A stretch of 64,000 nt of DNA from Bacteroidota bacterium. Its GTDB lineage: Bacteria; Bacteroidota; Bacteroidia; Chitinophagales; LD1. The notes beneath the pieces were generated by a model. The model was not told the origin of the DNA. It saw nothing but the letters and a program-made list of their open reading frames with translations, and did no database searches. Positions within the stretch are counted from its first letter, which is position 1, and each line of letters opens with the position of its first letter. Shown piece by piece: positions 46,217 to 56,431 of this stretch. The stretch lies in assembly GCA_947479455.1 (NCBI GenBank), contig CANJZE010000003.1:20956-84955 (forward strand). The letters run 5' to 3'. The position numbers and the translations under genes are program-made.

Positions 46217-47569
46217 ATGAATTACGCCAGTATTAGTCCTCTCAACAATCAGATTTTAAAAGAGTTTAAATTTTCTTCCTATCCCGATTTAAGTCTTTCG
46301 CACAATGCTTTTAATACCTGGAAGAAGTTAAATGTGGAAAAAAGAGGCCTTCAACTTCGTAAAGTGGCGGACTTGCTGGAGAAGAACAAAAAGAAATACG
46401 CTGAGCTCATTACCCTCGAAATGGGCAAGCCCCTTCGCGAAGCAGAATATGAGTTAAACAAAACAATAACGGCTTTTGACTATTATATTGAGAATGCCCC
46501 GAAGTTTTTGAAGAATGAAGAAGTAAAGAGCAATGCCTCTAAAAGCTATATCAGTTTTCAACCGCTAGGAATTATCCTGAGCATTATGCCCTGGAACTTC
46601 CCTTTCTGGCAGGTGTTTCGGTTTGCGGTTCCTACTCTTATTTCGGGTAACGTAACCATATTAAAACACGCACCCAATGTGCCGCAATGTGCTTTAGCCA
46701 TTCAGGAATTGTTTGATGAAGCGGGAGTAACCCCAAATATTTTCCGCAATTACTTTCTTACCAATGAAGATGCTGGTAAGTTGATTGCCGACCCGCACAT
46801 TCAGGGATTGAGTTTTACCGGTAGCGATGCCACCGGAAGTTTATTGGCATCGTTAGCAGGAAAAAACATTAAGAAATGTGTTATGGAATTAGGAGGCAAC
46901 GATGCATTTATTGTGTTAGAAGATGCCGATCTAAGTATGGCGGTGGAAGGTGCCATTAAATCGCGCGGTATTAATAGCGGACAATCGTGCAATGGAGCAA
47001 AACGATTTATTGTTTTGGAAAAAGTGGCGGGAGAATTCACCAGCCGCTTGATTGAAAAAGTAACACAATTGAAGGTTGGCAATCCGTTGGATGCAACAAC
47101 CAATATCGGTCCATTAGCCAGAAAAGATTTAGCTGTAAAAGCACAGAAACAAATTGCTGATTCAATAGCCCAAGGTGCTATTGCACATTTTGGAAATTCT
47201 GTTCCAAACGAAGAAGGAAACTTTGTTTCTCCTGTTGTGCTTACCAATGTGAATGAGTCTACCATTGCTTTTAATCAGGAAATTTTTGCCCCAGTATGGA
47301 GCGTTATCGTTGTAAGGAACATTGATGATGCCATTGCTACAGCCAACAATTCTGTTTATGGTTTGGGTGCTTCGATATGGAGTAGCGATAAGGCAAAAGC
47401 TGAAACTCTTTCGCAACAATTAGAGGTAGGCAATGTGTTTATCAATGATATTGTAAAGAGCGATGCGCGCCTGCCTTTTGGTGGCATTAAACGAAGCGGT
47501 TTTGGCAGAGAACTTTCTGAATACGGTTTAAAAGAGTTTGTGAATGTTAAGACTGTTTATATTCAATAG
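46217..47569 (+). CDS. NAD(P)-dependent aldehyde dehydrogenase (succinate-semialdehyde dehydrogenase-like)
   Basis: ALDH motifs MELGGNDAFIV (catalytic Glu) and GQSCNGAKRFIV (catalytic Cys), plus FTGSDATG. Confidence 0.85.
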   Translation: MNYASISPLNNQILKEFKFSSYPDLSLSHNAFNTWKKLNVEKRGLQLRKVADLLEKNKKKYAELITLEMGKPLREAEYELNKTITAFDYYIENAPKFLKNEEVKSNASKSYISFQPLGIILSIMPWNFPFWQVFRFAVPTLISGNVTILKHAPNVPQCALAIQELFDEAGVTPNIFRNYFLTNEDAGKLIADPHIQGLSFTGSDATGSLLASLAGKNIKKCVMELGGNDAFIVLEDADLSMAVEGAIKSRGINSGQSCNGAKRFIVLEKVAGEFTSRLIEKVTQLKVGNPLDATTNIGPLARKDLAVKAQKQIADSIAQGAIAHFGNSVPNEEGNFVSPVVLTNVNESTIAFNQEIFAPVWSVIVVRNIDDAIATANNSVYGLGASIWSSDKAKAETLSQQLEVGNVFINDIVKSDARLPFGGIKRSGFGRELSEYGLKEFVNVKTVYIQ

Positions 47570-47577
47570 ATCATCTC

Positions 47578-48561
47578 CTATGCACCGGCTTCAATAAAAG
47601 CGGTATCTGTTCTAAACTCAAAATACCCGAAAGCTAAACTTACCAATGCTGAGAAAGCAAAATACACCGACACTATGATTGTTCCATGCTGTATAAAATT
47701 ATTGAGTGTAAACCAGCCACCGTAAAAATTGATTATCCCAAATGCACAAAACAATCGTAGTAATTCAGTAAGCCAGGCATATCTCGATTTGTCCATCAAC
47801 GATGTGTAACTGTAAACTGTAAGGAAAATAAATGCTGCGTAAACAAACAATGCCGACTTGAGCATATCCAGCAAATCGCCTTTTGTATGTCCGGTTTTTC
47901 TGCGGTCGCTTATCAGTTTGTAAATAATGTCGTCCAATACTTTCACGTTATTTTTAAAGGCAACATTTTCAGACGTAGGAATCCAGATAGGAAAATTTAC
48001 ACCGCGCAAAACTCTTTTCTCCATTGCTTTCAGCAGATACGTTAGCGTAATGCCAACCGATTTCGACTCGGTTCTAAAATCGGTGCTCAACATTGTTTTA
48101 CCAATTATCTGCAGCGTAACTTTATTCATCTCCTCAGCAAAATCAATTTTTCCACCATTTGCAACATCCGCTTTCCAATCGCTTATTATCTCGTTGGCGC
48201 AGTTCAGCATTTCATCAAAAAGGTTGTTGATATACTGCTTATGAAACGAAGGTTGAATCAATTTCCGCTGACTTTTCCATAGCTTTCCTTCACTGGTAAC
48301 TAAGCCCTGACCTAACAGCAACTTCAACTGGTTATACATGGTGCTTTTTACATAGTGCTTCTGGTTTGTTTGAAGAATAAACCGCACTAACACCGGATCG
48401 GTTAACTGCACTACATCTAAGTGCAAAAATTTCCAGTGAAGAATACCCGGAAATTTTTTATCGGTTTCGATTAAAAAATTCAAAGGGTTTTTCCGCAACG
48501 CGTTTCCGCTTTTTAAAAAAGTATTGCCTTGTAGTTTCGGAATTTCTTTACCCTTTATCAT
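47578..48561 (-). pseudogene. Truncated cytochrome P450 (N-terminal ~234 aa only) fused in frame to an unrelated ~93-aa multi-TM tail
   Basis: The P450-like N-terminal half (...GQGLVTSEGKLWKSQRKLIQPSFHK...DRRKTGHTKGDLLDML) stops before the I-helix. No ExxR or heme Cys motif (FxxGxRxCxG) is present. From about nt 47859 the sequence is hydrophobic (ALFVYAAFIFLTVYSY...IIVSVYFAFSALVSLAFGYF). Confidence 0.55.
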
Positions 48562-48615
48562 TCTTGCTTATTTAAAACTAATGCAGGAGCCTAACTGCAT
48601 TCCTTATGCTATAAA

Positions 48616-50055
48616 TTATTGCACCACCAGTTTTCGGTGCGCCCTCAACCCGTTCATATTGCTCAACTCTACTGAATAAATTCCGACAGGTATATTTTCA
48701 AGACTTACTGATTCAATGTCGCTCCTTAATGTGTTGTGATAAATTTTCTGTCCATTCACATTGAACACAGAGATTTGAAACACACCTTCTTCTTTCAGAA
48801 TTTTAAAATCACCGGTGGTGGGATTGGGATATACCATAAAACTGATTGCCGGTGTTTCCCGAATACCGGTGCAGATTGAAAATTTACCGAGTATATAAAA
48901 TGTAGCAGAAGTTAGCGCGGGCTGCACACAGCCGCCATGATTCAGATTTCCAAAGTTCTCAATCTGAATATCCGGGGCGCCATTGGCTCGCCAAGCGGAG
49001 TCAGCGCGTATGGCATTCAGATAAGGCACTTGTTCATCGGCTGTGCAATAAGCAATTTTGACGGGCTTTTGCGGTGTCCAACCCAGCAGGTCATTTTCGT
49101 CAAGTATCTGTCGCAGGGGATGGTTGAGGTCGTTTTCAAATTCTGCAATCACAGAATCTTTAATCATTTGCCGAGGAACCTGGGTGCAAAACTGCGACAC
49201 ATCATCCAGCGTATAGTTTCGGCTATACAACATAGGTGGTATAATGCTGTCATAAGGGTGTTTGAATACATCGGAAGGAGTAGGATACAATTGCTGCAAT
49301 GAAGGATACACGGAGTGGTAGCCGAGAAGCAGAAAGGGCAGATAACCGGGAGTGGCATAGGGGGCATTGGAGAGCATTAAATCTACCATGGTAACTTTCA
49401 GATCGTATGGTCCACTCATGGGCGCAAGTGCCACCACATTAAACTCGTTAGAATAATTTTCCTGAATCAGTTTAGCAGTAGCCATAGTAGTATAGCCACC
49501 CTCTGAATAGCCGGTGAGCGCCACTTCGCCACTAAGTGAAAAGTTAAGTGTATCGGCTAATTGTCTTGCAGCCCGCATAATATTGATGGAAGCATAACCG
49601 GAGTGAAACTTATTGATGTAAGTATGGATAAGCACGCTGCTGTCGCAGTCTCCCAACCCCAAATCATCGGGCATTGCGGTTAACACTCCCCCAATACCGG
49701 CAAAGAAAAACCCGATAGGACGTTCAGGTCCGTTGTAGCTGGGCACCTGGTCGCGTCTGCTGAAACTGCCGTGGGCATAGCAACCTAAACCACTTGGACA
49801 CGGTGTGTTTTTCGGAAACACCACAATACCCGAAACATTTACTAAGGAATCGATATGCTTGTATGGTGTTTTATAAATAACCTGATACACATCTATGTCG
49901 TATTGTGGCGGTATTGGAAGGGTGAGACCGTTGGCTGCAAAAAAGCTATCGAGCTGTGCAACAGTATAGCTCACCTGAAGAGAATACGAAACCAACTGTG
50001 CATTGCTGTTTCCAAAAAGGAATAATGTAATTGCCAAAAGAAAAAAACGTTTCAT
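48616..50055 (-). CDS. Secreted alpha/beta-hydrolase (lipase/esterase-like) with T9SS CTD
   Basis: Likely start is the ATG at 50053-50055 (MKRFFLLAITLFLFGNSNAQ). Nucleophile elbow GYSEGG. T9SS CTD FMVYPNPTTGDFKIL...GIYSVELSN. Confidence 0.75.
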   Translation of the reverse strand: MKRFFLLAITLFLFGNSNAQLVSYSLQVSYTVAQLDSFFAANGLTLPIPPQYDIDVYQVIYKTPYKHIDSLVNVSGIVVFPKNTPCPSGLGCYAHGSFSRRDQVPSYNGPERPIGFFFAGIGGVLTAMPDDLGLGDCDSSVLIHTYINKFHSGYASINIMRAARQLADTLNFSLSGEVALTGYSEGGYTTMATAKLIQENYSNEFNVVALAPMSGPYDLKVTMVDLMLSNAPYATPGYLPFLLLGYHSVYPSLQQLYPTPSDVFKHPYDSIIPPMLYSRNYTLDDVSQFCTQVPRQMIKDSVIAEFENDLNHPLRQILDENDLLGWTPQKPVKIAYCTADEQVPYLNAIRADSAWRANGAPDIQIENFGNLNHGGCVQPALTSATFYILGKFSICTGIRETPAISFMVYPNPTTGDFKILKEEGVFQISVFNVNGQKIYHNTLRSDIESVSLENIPVGIYSVELSNMNGLRAHRKLVVQ

Positions 50056-50478
50056 GTTGTTTGATTTACATTGGTAAATATATACTTGATTGTTTGGTTG
50101 CAAACTTAATTTGTGAGTAACTGTATTCGGCTGTTTATGCAGGCATACTTTTTTTTTCGAAGGGAATTGAGAATGCTAAAACATTTGCTCAAGAATAGCC
50201 AGTGGGCTTCCGACCAAATGTGCGGGACAGGTTCGCCCTTGTTTTTGTATTTTGTTTTTAAGCGACTTGCCTACATAACCTTTTCAAAAATTTGTGTCAA
50301 CGGTTTGCAGCTACAATATGTTGGCGATTTTGGAAACTAAAACTGTATGCCAGCATTGAACTTGATACGAAGCACAATTCCGAAAGCTACCCGGAGAAAT
50401 GGTAAGAGAGGTGAGAAGAAGGACTTGTTTCATTTTTGATTTAGATGAATTATAGTGAGGAGAATATGCTTAACAATT

Positions 50479-51219
50479 CTATTGCTTACCTTCTTCGAGC
50501 GATTTACATTCCCAAACATTGAAATTTCGATAGTTGAATTGAGTCCATTTCATTTGTCGGAAACCAATTTTACCGGCATGCAAAATCTTACCTAACTTTT
50601 GTCCTTCATCTAACCAATCAATTGCTTTTCGACCGTCAATGAAGAGTTGTATTCTTCCCTCAAATTTCACTAATTGAATTTTGTGAATGGCTTGTGAACG
50701 AAGCGGTATGCCTGGTTCTTTCTCCTGCACTAAGTGAAAGCCTTTGTTCTTACGCAGATGGGCAGTTTCTCTTCCAGGATGATCTTTGCTGTTGGCGTAA
50801 TAAGAGATATGATAATTGTTGATAGCCCCGTTTGTATATTCTTTGAACGTTCCATTTCGTTTAGGTAATGAGGAGTCAAAGATGTCCTCCGCGTTCAAAC
50901 CTTTGGAAGCAAAAAACACGATACACAGTCCTGCTTCTGTATGCAGGTTTTGAACTTCCCATTCGGCAATGAAATTTCCAGGGAATTCCTGCGGACACCA
51001 AAACACATGATGCCCTTTTTCTTTAGGCGAAAACATTTTCATCCATCCGGTTGTAAATTCAACATCTCCTTCACCTTCCATTCGCCAACCGGCTGTGTCT
51101 TCTTTGCTTGAAAGCAGGTTAGAATACAATAATTCTCCTTTTGTATATGACTGTGATGACGCAATTAAGAAAGTGAGTTGTAGAAATCCGAAAAATATAA
51201 GGGTTAATAATGTTTTCAT
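50479..51219 (-). CDS. Secreted concanavalin-like (DUF1961-like) protein
   Basis: Signal peptide. The overall pattern (WRMEGEGDVEF..GWMKM...FWCPQEFPGNFIAEWEV) is reminiscent of DUF1961/YesU-type lectin-fold proteins. This is a tentative call. Confidence 0.45.
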   Translation of the reverse strand: MKTLLTLIFFGFLQLTFLIASSQSYTKGELLYSNLLSSKEDTAGWRMEGEGDVEFTTGWMKMFSPKEKGHHVFWCPQEFPGNFIAEWEVQNLHTEAGLCIVFFASKGLNAEDIFDSSLPKRNGTFKEYTNGAINNYHISYYANSKDHPGRETAHLRKNKGFHLVQEKEPGIPLRSQAIHKIQLVKFEGRIQLFIDGRKAIDWLDEGQKLGKILHAGKIGFRQMKWTQFNYRNFNVWECKSLEEGKQ

Positions 51220-51230
51220 ATCCGATTTGA

Positions 51231-51923
51231 TTATCGCCTGGTAATATCCGTTTCTTTTTTGCTCAATATATAAATCATGTCACCGGAAACCGTCAAAATC
51301 CAGGAGCCAATCATGACACAATAAGCCCATTCCAAAACGGTAAGTCCCCATAATTCAGGACGAATAAAGTTTACCGGGTCTTCAACTGATTGTGTCAATA
51401 ATTCTTTAGGCCACACTAAGACTATTAAAAAAATAAACGCGATAAGAAATCCCTGTATGCTAATGCTGTGGTGCATTTTTCTCTGCTTGTTTTGCCAGAT
51501 ACAATAACTAAATAGAACAATTGAAATCATTGTCCCTGAGAAAAATACCATGGCGGCATTTCGGTGGGCAGTCCAACTGTCCGCAGTAAAATAGCCGACA
51601 GCCGAAAAGCTGAGGGTTGCACCTATCCCAATATAAGAAGCATACCATGCTAACGGAATTTTACGAAGATATATTCCCAATCCATTTGTAAACATCATTA
51701 ACAGCACACCTCCAAAGCCTAAACAGATATTAAAAATATAGGAATATTCACTTGCCGTAGCCAAGCCGAGTTCAGATATAAAATGGTTTTGTGGAGAATA
51801 TGTGATTGAGCGGGTGTAATGTGATGCTGATGCAAAAAGTCCAAATGATATAACTAAGCAACCTGCAATGCCCGTAGTCGGTGTGATATAATTTAGATTG
51901 AAGTTTTTGAAATTAACACGCAT
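51231..51923 (-). CDS. Multi-pass membrane protein, function unknown
   Basis: About six hydrophobic segments in 230 aa. Confidence 0.55.
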   Translation of the reverse strand: MRVNFKNFNLNYITPTTGIAGCLVISFGLFASASHYTRSITYSPQNHFISELGLATASEYSYIFNICLGFGGVLLMMFTNGLGIYLRKIPLAWYASYIGIGATLSFSAVGYFTADSWTAHRNAAMVFFSGTMISIVLFSYCIWQNKQRKMHHSISIQGFLIAFIFLIVLVWPKELLTQSVEDPVNFIRPELWGLTVLEWAYCVMIGSWILTVSGDMIYILSKKETDITRR

Positions 51924-51941
51924 AAGACATCAAAAATTGGA

Positions 51942-52805
51942 TTAGTCCAAATCAACAATTGCATTTGGTAGTTTTTTAAAGAGGTAGTAAATCCAGCAAA
52001 TCATACCCACATGCAGCACATCATTTTCTGTAAACCAAATACCTTTTTGCCACAATGATGCTCCGATACCTGAACCGAGATAAGCACCATAGGTAATTCC
52101 AACAGCAACGAAAATGAGCCATGTATTCAGAAGTAATAAATTCATTTTGTCTTTGTTCTTCGCGTAGCTTGTTGTATGCAATAGTAGCAGGAAGATAACG
52201 CTGGGTGTAGAAATAAGCGACATACATTCGAAGGATACCGCAAACTTGACAGCGAACAAAGCACCATACAAAAGTAGAATTGAATAACCGATAGTGTTGA
52301 TGAGTGTATACGCTATGATTGCTTTTCTGAAATTGCCTTTTGCATTGGTGTATGCTGTGGCAACTAAAAAAGCATTCATGCCGGGAACGGAGAGCAACAT
52401 GTAAATTATTTCCCACCAACTTGTCCAGGTGCAGAACTCTCTCCCGTTGCATTTAATTTCATAACCAAGTGCCTGATAACTTGTTCCCGCAAACAATGCC
52501 CCAAGCCCCGTGAGTAAAAGACCTATGCCCCACCATAATTTTGACTGTTGTTTTTTCCTGTTACGTATGAATGTATACCCGACATACATACTAAACAGCC
52601 CTACAAAAAAAACGATGATAGTAGAAGTTGGCTGGCTCCAAATGAAACTGAAATCGCCTGCAGCAATTTTTATGTAATGTTGATCTTGAAGAAAGGTTAC
52701 AGGACTGGTTTTGGGTGAATACCCGATGTTATCCAAGTGTCTGCAACCCGAACTCAAAAGCAATACTGGAGTTGAGAAAAAAAATGGTTTGAAAAGTTTT
52801 TGCAC
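51942..52805 (-). CDS. Multi-pass membrane protein, function unknown
   Basis: About seven hydrophobic segments. The ORF 52021-52452 is an alternative-frame shadow. Confidence 0.55.
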   Translation of the reverse strand: MQKLFKPFFFSTPVLLLSSGCRHLDNIGYSPKTSPVTFLQDQHYIKIAAGDFSFIWSQPTSTIIVFFVGLFSMYVGYTFIRNRKKQQSKLWWGIGLLLTGLGALFAGTSYQALGYEIKCNGREFCTWTSWWEIIYMLLSVPGMNAFLVATAYTNAKGNFRKAIIAYTLINTIGYSILLLYGALFAVKFAVSFECMSLISTPSVIFLLLLHTTSYAKNKDKMNLLLLNTWLIFVAVGITYGAYLGSGIGASLWQKGIWFTENDVLHVGMICWIYYLFKKLPNAIVDLD

Positions 52806-52881
52806 GATGATCTATATCCCGTTACTGTGTAAATTTTTTTTTGGCTGAGTCACAAATTTACTAATGTCGCAACATAGTCCT

Positions 52882-53454
52882 TCAAGCTAATTGTTCGATT
52901 ACAATTTTTTTGAGTTGCGGAACAACTTCCTGTTCAAACCAGGGATTTTTTTTCTGCCAAATTTTGTTTCTTGGTGAAGGGTGAACCAAGGGCAAATACT
53001 TTGGTAGAAACTCACGATAGTTTTTTACGGTCTCTGTCAATGTTGGTTTGAGTTTATCTCCCAAATAAAACCTTTGTGAATACTGTCCGATGAGCAGCGT
53101 AAGTTTTACATTTTTCATTTTTGCAAATAGCTGATGATGCCAGAGAGGTGCACATTCAGGTCTTGGTGGTAAGTCGCCCGTTGCACTTTTACCGGGATAA
53201 CAAAAACCCATTGGCATCAGTCCAAAAAGTTTGGTGTCGTAGAATTGTTCTTTGTTAACTCCAAGCCATCTTCTCAATTCATTTCCGCTTTGGTCGTCCC
53301 AAGGAATTCGGCTATCGTGAACTTTCTGCCCAGGTGCTTGTCCAATGATTAAAATTTTACAGTCCTTGCTTACAGTAAAAACCGGTCGCGGTGAATTAGG
53401 CAAAAATGATTTGCAGATGGTGCAAGCTTGTACTTCAGTTATTAAAGCTCTCAT
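52882..53454 (-). CDS. Uracil-DNA glycosylase superfamily protein
   Basis: ILIIGQAPG (motif A-like) and LVHPSPRN (motif B-like HPSP.N), in a ~190-aa protein. Confidence 0.7.
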   Translation of the reverse strand: MRALITEVQACTICKSFLPNSPRPVFTVSKDCKILIIGQAPGQKVHDSRIPWDDQSGNELRRWLGVNKEQFYDTKLFGLMPMGFCYPGKSATGDLPPRPECAPLWHHQLFAKMKNVKLTLLIGQYSQRFYLGDKLKPTLTETVKNYREFLPKYLPLVHPSPRNKIWQKKNPWFEQEVVPQLKKIVIEQLA

Positions 53455-53758
53455 TTTGTTTTCTTTTTTTTATTCTCATTATTTTCTCTGCAATGAAAAA
53501 AAGAACGATAGATGCAATCAGGTTTGCGAAAATTACCGCCACTAAAGAATCGTAAACCGGAATTCCAAGTTTGAAACAATAGGAGAGTCCCGAAGCAATT
53601 GCTACGGGAGTTTCAATTAAAGCGGTTGCAGCCCGTATTGGTTTTGGTAAAATTTCATGAGCATAGAAAAACCAAGTCAGAAAGGTTGTTAGCAAAACAA
53701 CTGCGATAGTGAATTTGATATGCCTTTGAGTAATCTTCATTTCTAAATTCAACAGCAA
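53435..53758 (-). CDS. Small three-TM membrane protein
   Basis: Hydrophobic segments only. Its 3' end overlaps the UDG-family gene start by 20 nt. Confidence 0.45.
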   Translation of the reverse strand: MLLNLEMKITQRHIKFTIAVVLLTTFLTWFFYAHEILPKPIRAATALIETPVAIASGLSYCFKLGIPVYDSLVAVIFANLIASIVLFFIAEKIMRIKKRKQNESFNN

Positions 53759-53808
53759 TTAAAAAAAATCGCGTTTGTAAGTATTCCGTTACTAACGGTT
53801 TATCTCAA

Positions 53809-55809
53809 CTAATGCTCTACTATGAACTTCTTTGAACTCACACTTTTAGCAGTAATTATTTTCAGAACATACATGCCGTTGCTAAAAGTTTGCGTAGAAA
53901 CGGATAAAAATTTTTCATTGCCGCGGTGAGCATAAACAAGCGAGCCACTGATATCGAAAATCTGAATCAATGTTGGTTCATTAATTTCTTTCGAGTCAAT
54001 GTTTAACGCTGAGTTAGTTGGGTTTGGATAAATCGCCCAATTGGAATTATCCCCTTTAAGACTTGTAATTCCTGTTGCAGTACTATCCACGCCCCATGCA
54101 TAATCTATGGTAGTGGTATCTACAACTACCTTTGCATAATACACATACTGCGAAGTAAGCGTATCTAAATACCAGCGCTCTTCAAATTGCGATAGATGCA
54201 CCACATTCTGAAAGTTCGCAAAGTTGCCATACATGGAAGAGTCTCCCACCATTATCACCCAGGTTTGTCCTCCGGTAGTAGGGCATGCTCGCACTGAATT
54301 AATTTCACCTATGCAGGCTCTGCGCACCGCAACATAGCTTTCCACTTGACGACCCAAAAGCCACATACTGTCTTCCACTACTTCATCAAAATCGGCATCC
54401 TTCCAGTGCAGTGCAACTTCTTTAAATGCAAAGTTGGCACCTACTAAAGGCGAAACTGCTTCGGGACGATACATTAGGAGCGAAATATTTTTGTGCTGCT
54501 CCACATAAGGCAAATGTGTATTCTGGTTATTGCTGTTGCGGTCTTGCCAATTCGGTTTCACTTCGCCTGAGCCTGTGTACACAGCGGTGGTGCCAATATT
54601 TGCAACACAGGGATATTGCTGAAAACCTACCTTGCCTTTCCAGAAATCAAGCAGAGAAGAAAGAGTTATCGATTTGTTTTTAAAGATGGCTATGTCGGCT
54701 TTGCACAATACCGAACTTTTAGAAATGCTGCTCAATGAATTCGCTGCGGCAGGCATACTTGCTGGAGGTATGCTCGATAGAGGTGCCAGTATTGAGAAAT
54801 CGGCTTGTGCCCAAAGACTGGAATCGTTTAGTAGTTGTGCGGTTTCCTGCACTACATCGGGGTGAAAGTAAGCTCCCGAACTCCATTGAAACACCACGCG
54901 GTCAGTCGTTGTCATGGCTGCGTTAATAATAAAACCGGTATCTAAGCTGTGTCCGTTGTGCAGGGTAAAATCCACAAACGGACTCCATGAATCAATAACA
55001 GAATCCATAGGCAGAGTCGAAGAAACCAGAAAAGGACCTGCGTGCGAAGCACTTTGTGGCACTTCACCAAAACCTGTCATTAAATAAATCAGGTTGTTGT
55101 GATTCTGTCCATAAGCGTTATCATATTTGCCCGGATAGTTTCTTCCTGCCACCGGAAAGTAAGTGCCGCGGTCGTTCGTCATTACCAAAAAGTCCTTTAG
55201 CAATAATTTCGAAGCTTGAGTGGCCAAATTTTTAATCACGGTATCTTGTGAAAAATCTGCAAGGTTTAGTAAACCGCTTAATTCGTATGGACCATACACC
55301 GATGAAAAGAATTCGTAGAATCCGAATTGCACTTTCAGTTGCAGATAATGTTTCAACCGTGCTTCCAGCCTGTTGTCAATTGGTTTATTGTATTTTTCAT
55401 GCAACAACCAGTCAGAACCCATCCACATTATCATATGGTTCTCTGACCAGTAATTTCGAACCAGGTCACCATTGTTGACCCAATACGGCACTGCTAAAAT
55501 CACTGGCAGAATGGCTGCATCGTAGGTGCCGTTGGTAAGATATAAAATTCGAATCAGTTCAATGATGTCGAAGTCACTCGTTTCACCGGTAGAAATATCG
55601 CTGAGCATGGCGTTCAAGTCAGCAGTATCTAAAGGCAAACCACGGTATGCCTGCAGAATAAGTTTAGTGCCTCCACCGTTTATTAGCGAAGAATCAGTGT
55701 AATCCTGTTTGCGCTGTTCGTAAGTTGCATTGCTCGCTAAAGTTGTTTTAAAACAACAGAAAAAAATAACTACTGATAGAAAACTGAGATGCTTAAAGTG
55801 TGAATTCAT
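53809..55809 (-). CDS. T9SS-secreted protein of unknown function, paralogue B
   Basis: Collinear with the 40093-42090 product. T9SS CTD WAIYPNPTNSALNID...NGMYVLKIITAKSVSSKKFIVEH. Confidence 0.75.
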   Translation of the reverse strand: MNSHFKHLSFLSVVIFFCCFKTTLASNATYEQRKQDYTDSSLINGGGTKLILQAYRGLPLDTADLNAMLSDISTGETSDFDIIELIRILYLTNGTYDAAILPVILAVPYWVNNGDLVRNYWSENHMIMWMGSDWLLHEKYNKPIDNRLEARLKHYLQLKVQFGFYEFFSSVYGPYELSGLLNLADFSQDTVIKNLATQASKLLLKDFLVMTNDRGTYFPVAGRNYPGKYDNAYGQNHNNLIYLMTGFGEVPQSASHAGPFLVSSTLPMDSVIDSWSPFVDFTLHNGHSLDTGFIINAAMTTTDRVVFQWSSGAYFHPDVVQETAQLLNDSSLWAQADFSILAPLSSIPPASMPAAANSLSSISKSSVLCKADIAIFKNKSITLSSLLDFWKGKVGFQQYPCVANIGTTAVYTGSGEVKPNWQDRNSNNQNTHLPYVEQHKNISLLMYRPEAVSPLVGANFAFKEVALHWKDADFDEVVEDSMWLLGRQVESYVAVRRACIGEINSVRACPTTGGQTWVIMVGDSSMYGNFANFQNVVHLSQFEERWYLDTLTSQYVYYAKVVVDTTTIDYAWGVDSTATGITSLKGDNSNWAIYPNPTNSALNIDSKEINEPTLIQIFDISGSLVYAHRGNEKFLSVSTQTFSNGMYVLKIITAKSVSSKKFIVEH

Positions 55810-56044
55810 AAAGCTGTGTTTAAAAAATAAAAATTGGCAGCGGCATTAATGTTTGCAAATAAAGGGGTTTGCTCCAAATAATCTATTTTCCAGAGTGCGA
55901 TAGTCGGGCTGTTTTGTGTTTGATTGTTTCGCACGTTCTATCTGTGCGAGTTTAGGATGCACTAACTGTACGGCTAAAACTAAAAGTAATAAGAAATACA
56001 AAACGCATATTTAAAACTTAGCTCCGCAAGGCAGCAATGCCTTG

Positions 56045-56278
56045 TTAGCGATTACGGTAATTATAATTTATTGCTTTGCCCCGAGCAAAATTTCGGACCA
56101 TGTAGGCTTTGCCGCCAAGTCGTTTTTTTGTTCTTTCAATTACGTTTGATGAAATGTCCAACACCGAAATGTTTTCAAAACCTTCGTCAAGAAGATTGTC
56201 AACATGTTTGCTGTCACCTCCGCCAATGTCAATAAAGCTTGCGGTCTTTGGTAATTTGAAACTACGCGCAAAGTTCAA
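56045..56278 (-). pseudogene. Remnant of a class I SAM-dependent methyltransferase (motif I region only)
   Basis: SFIDIGGGDSKHVDNLLDEGFENISVLDISSNVIERTKKRLG is a typical motif I to post-I segment. The ORF is only 77 aa and ends in unrelated sequence. Confidence 0.5.
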
Positions 56279-56431
56279 GGATGTTTTTGGAAGTTTTGTT
56301 TCCCGACCAACGCAAAAAACAAAACAGTCGGGGCAAGTGTGTTAGCGATAGAAATGCAAATGCCTCATCCCGCTTTGGGGCGAGTACTTGAAGCGATAGC
56401 TCGACCTGCGCTTTGGCGCGATGCGCTATGC

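Noticed and set aside
50340-50440. Tiny minus-strand ORF with a signal-like start (MKQVLLLTSL...) and, in another frame, a beta-barrel-like C-terminus (...GIVLRIKFNAGIQF)
   Set aside because: It needs a frameshift to connect about 35 codons in total. That is too little sequence to separate an outer-membrane-protein remnant from chance.
52021-52452. 143-aa alternative-frame ORF inside the 51942-52805 membrane-protein gene
   Set aside because: It is on the same strand in an overlapping frame within a longer ORF that has coherent TM helices.
56043-56349. 10-bp direct repeat TGTTAGCGAT flanking the methyltransferase stub (possible target-site duplication)
   Set aside because: A 10-mer recurring within ~300 bp is expected by chance several times in 64 kb. 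There are no terminal inverted repeats or transposase to support a mobile element.
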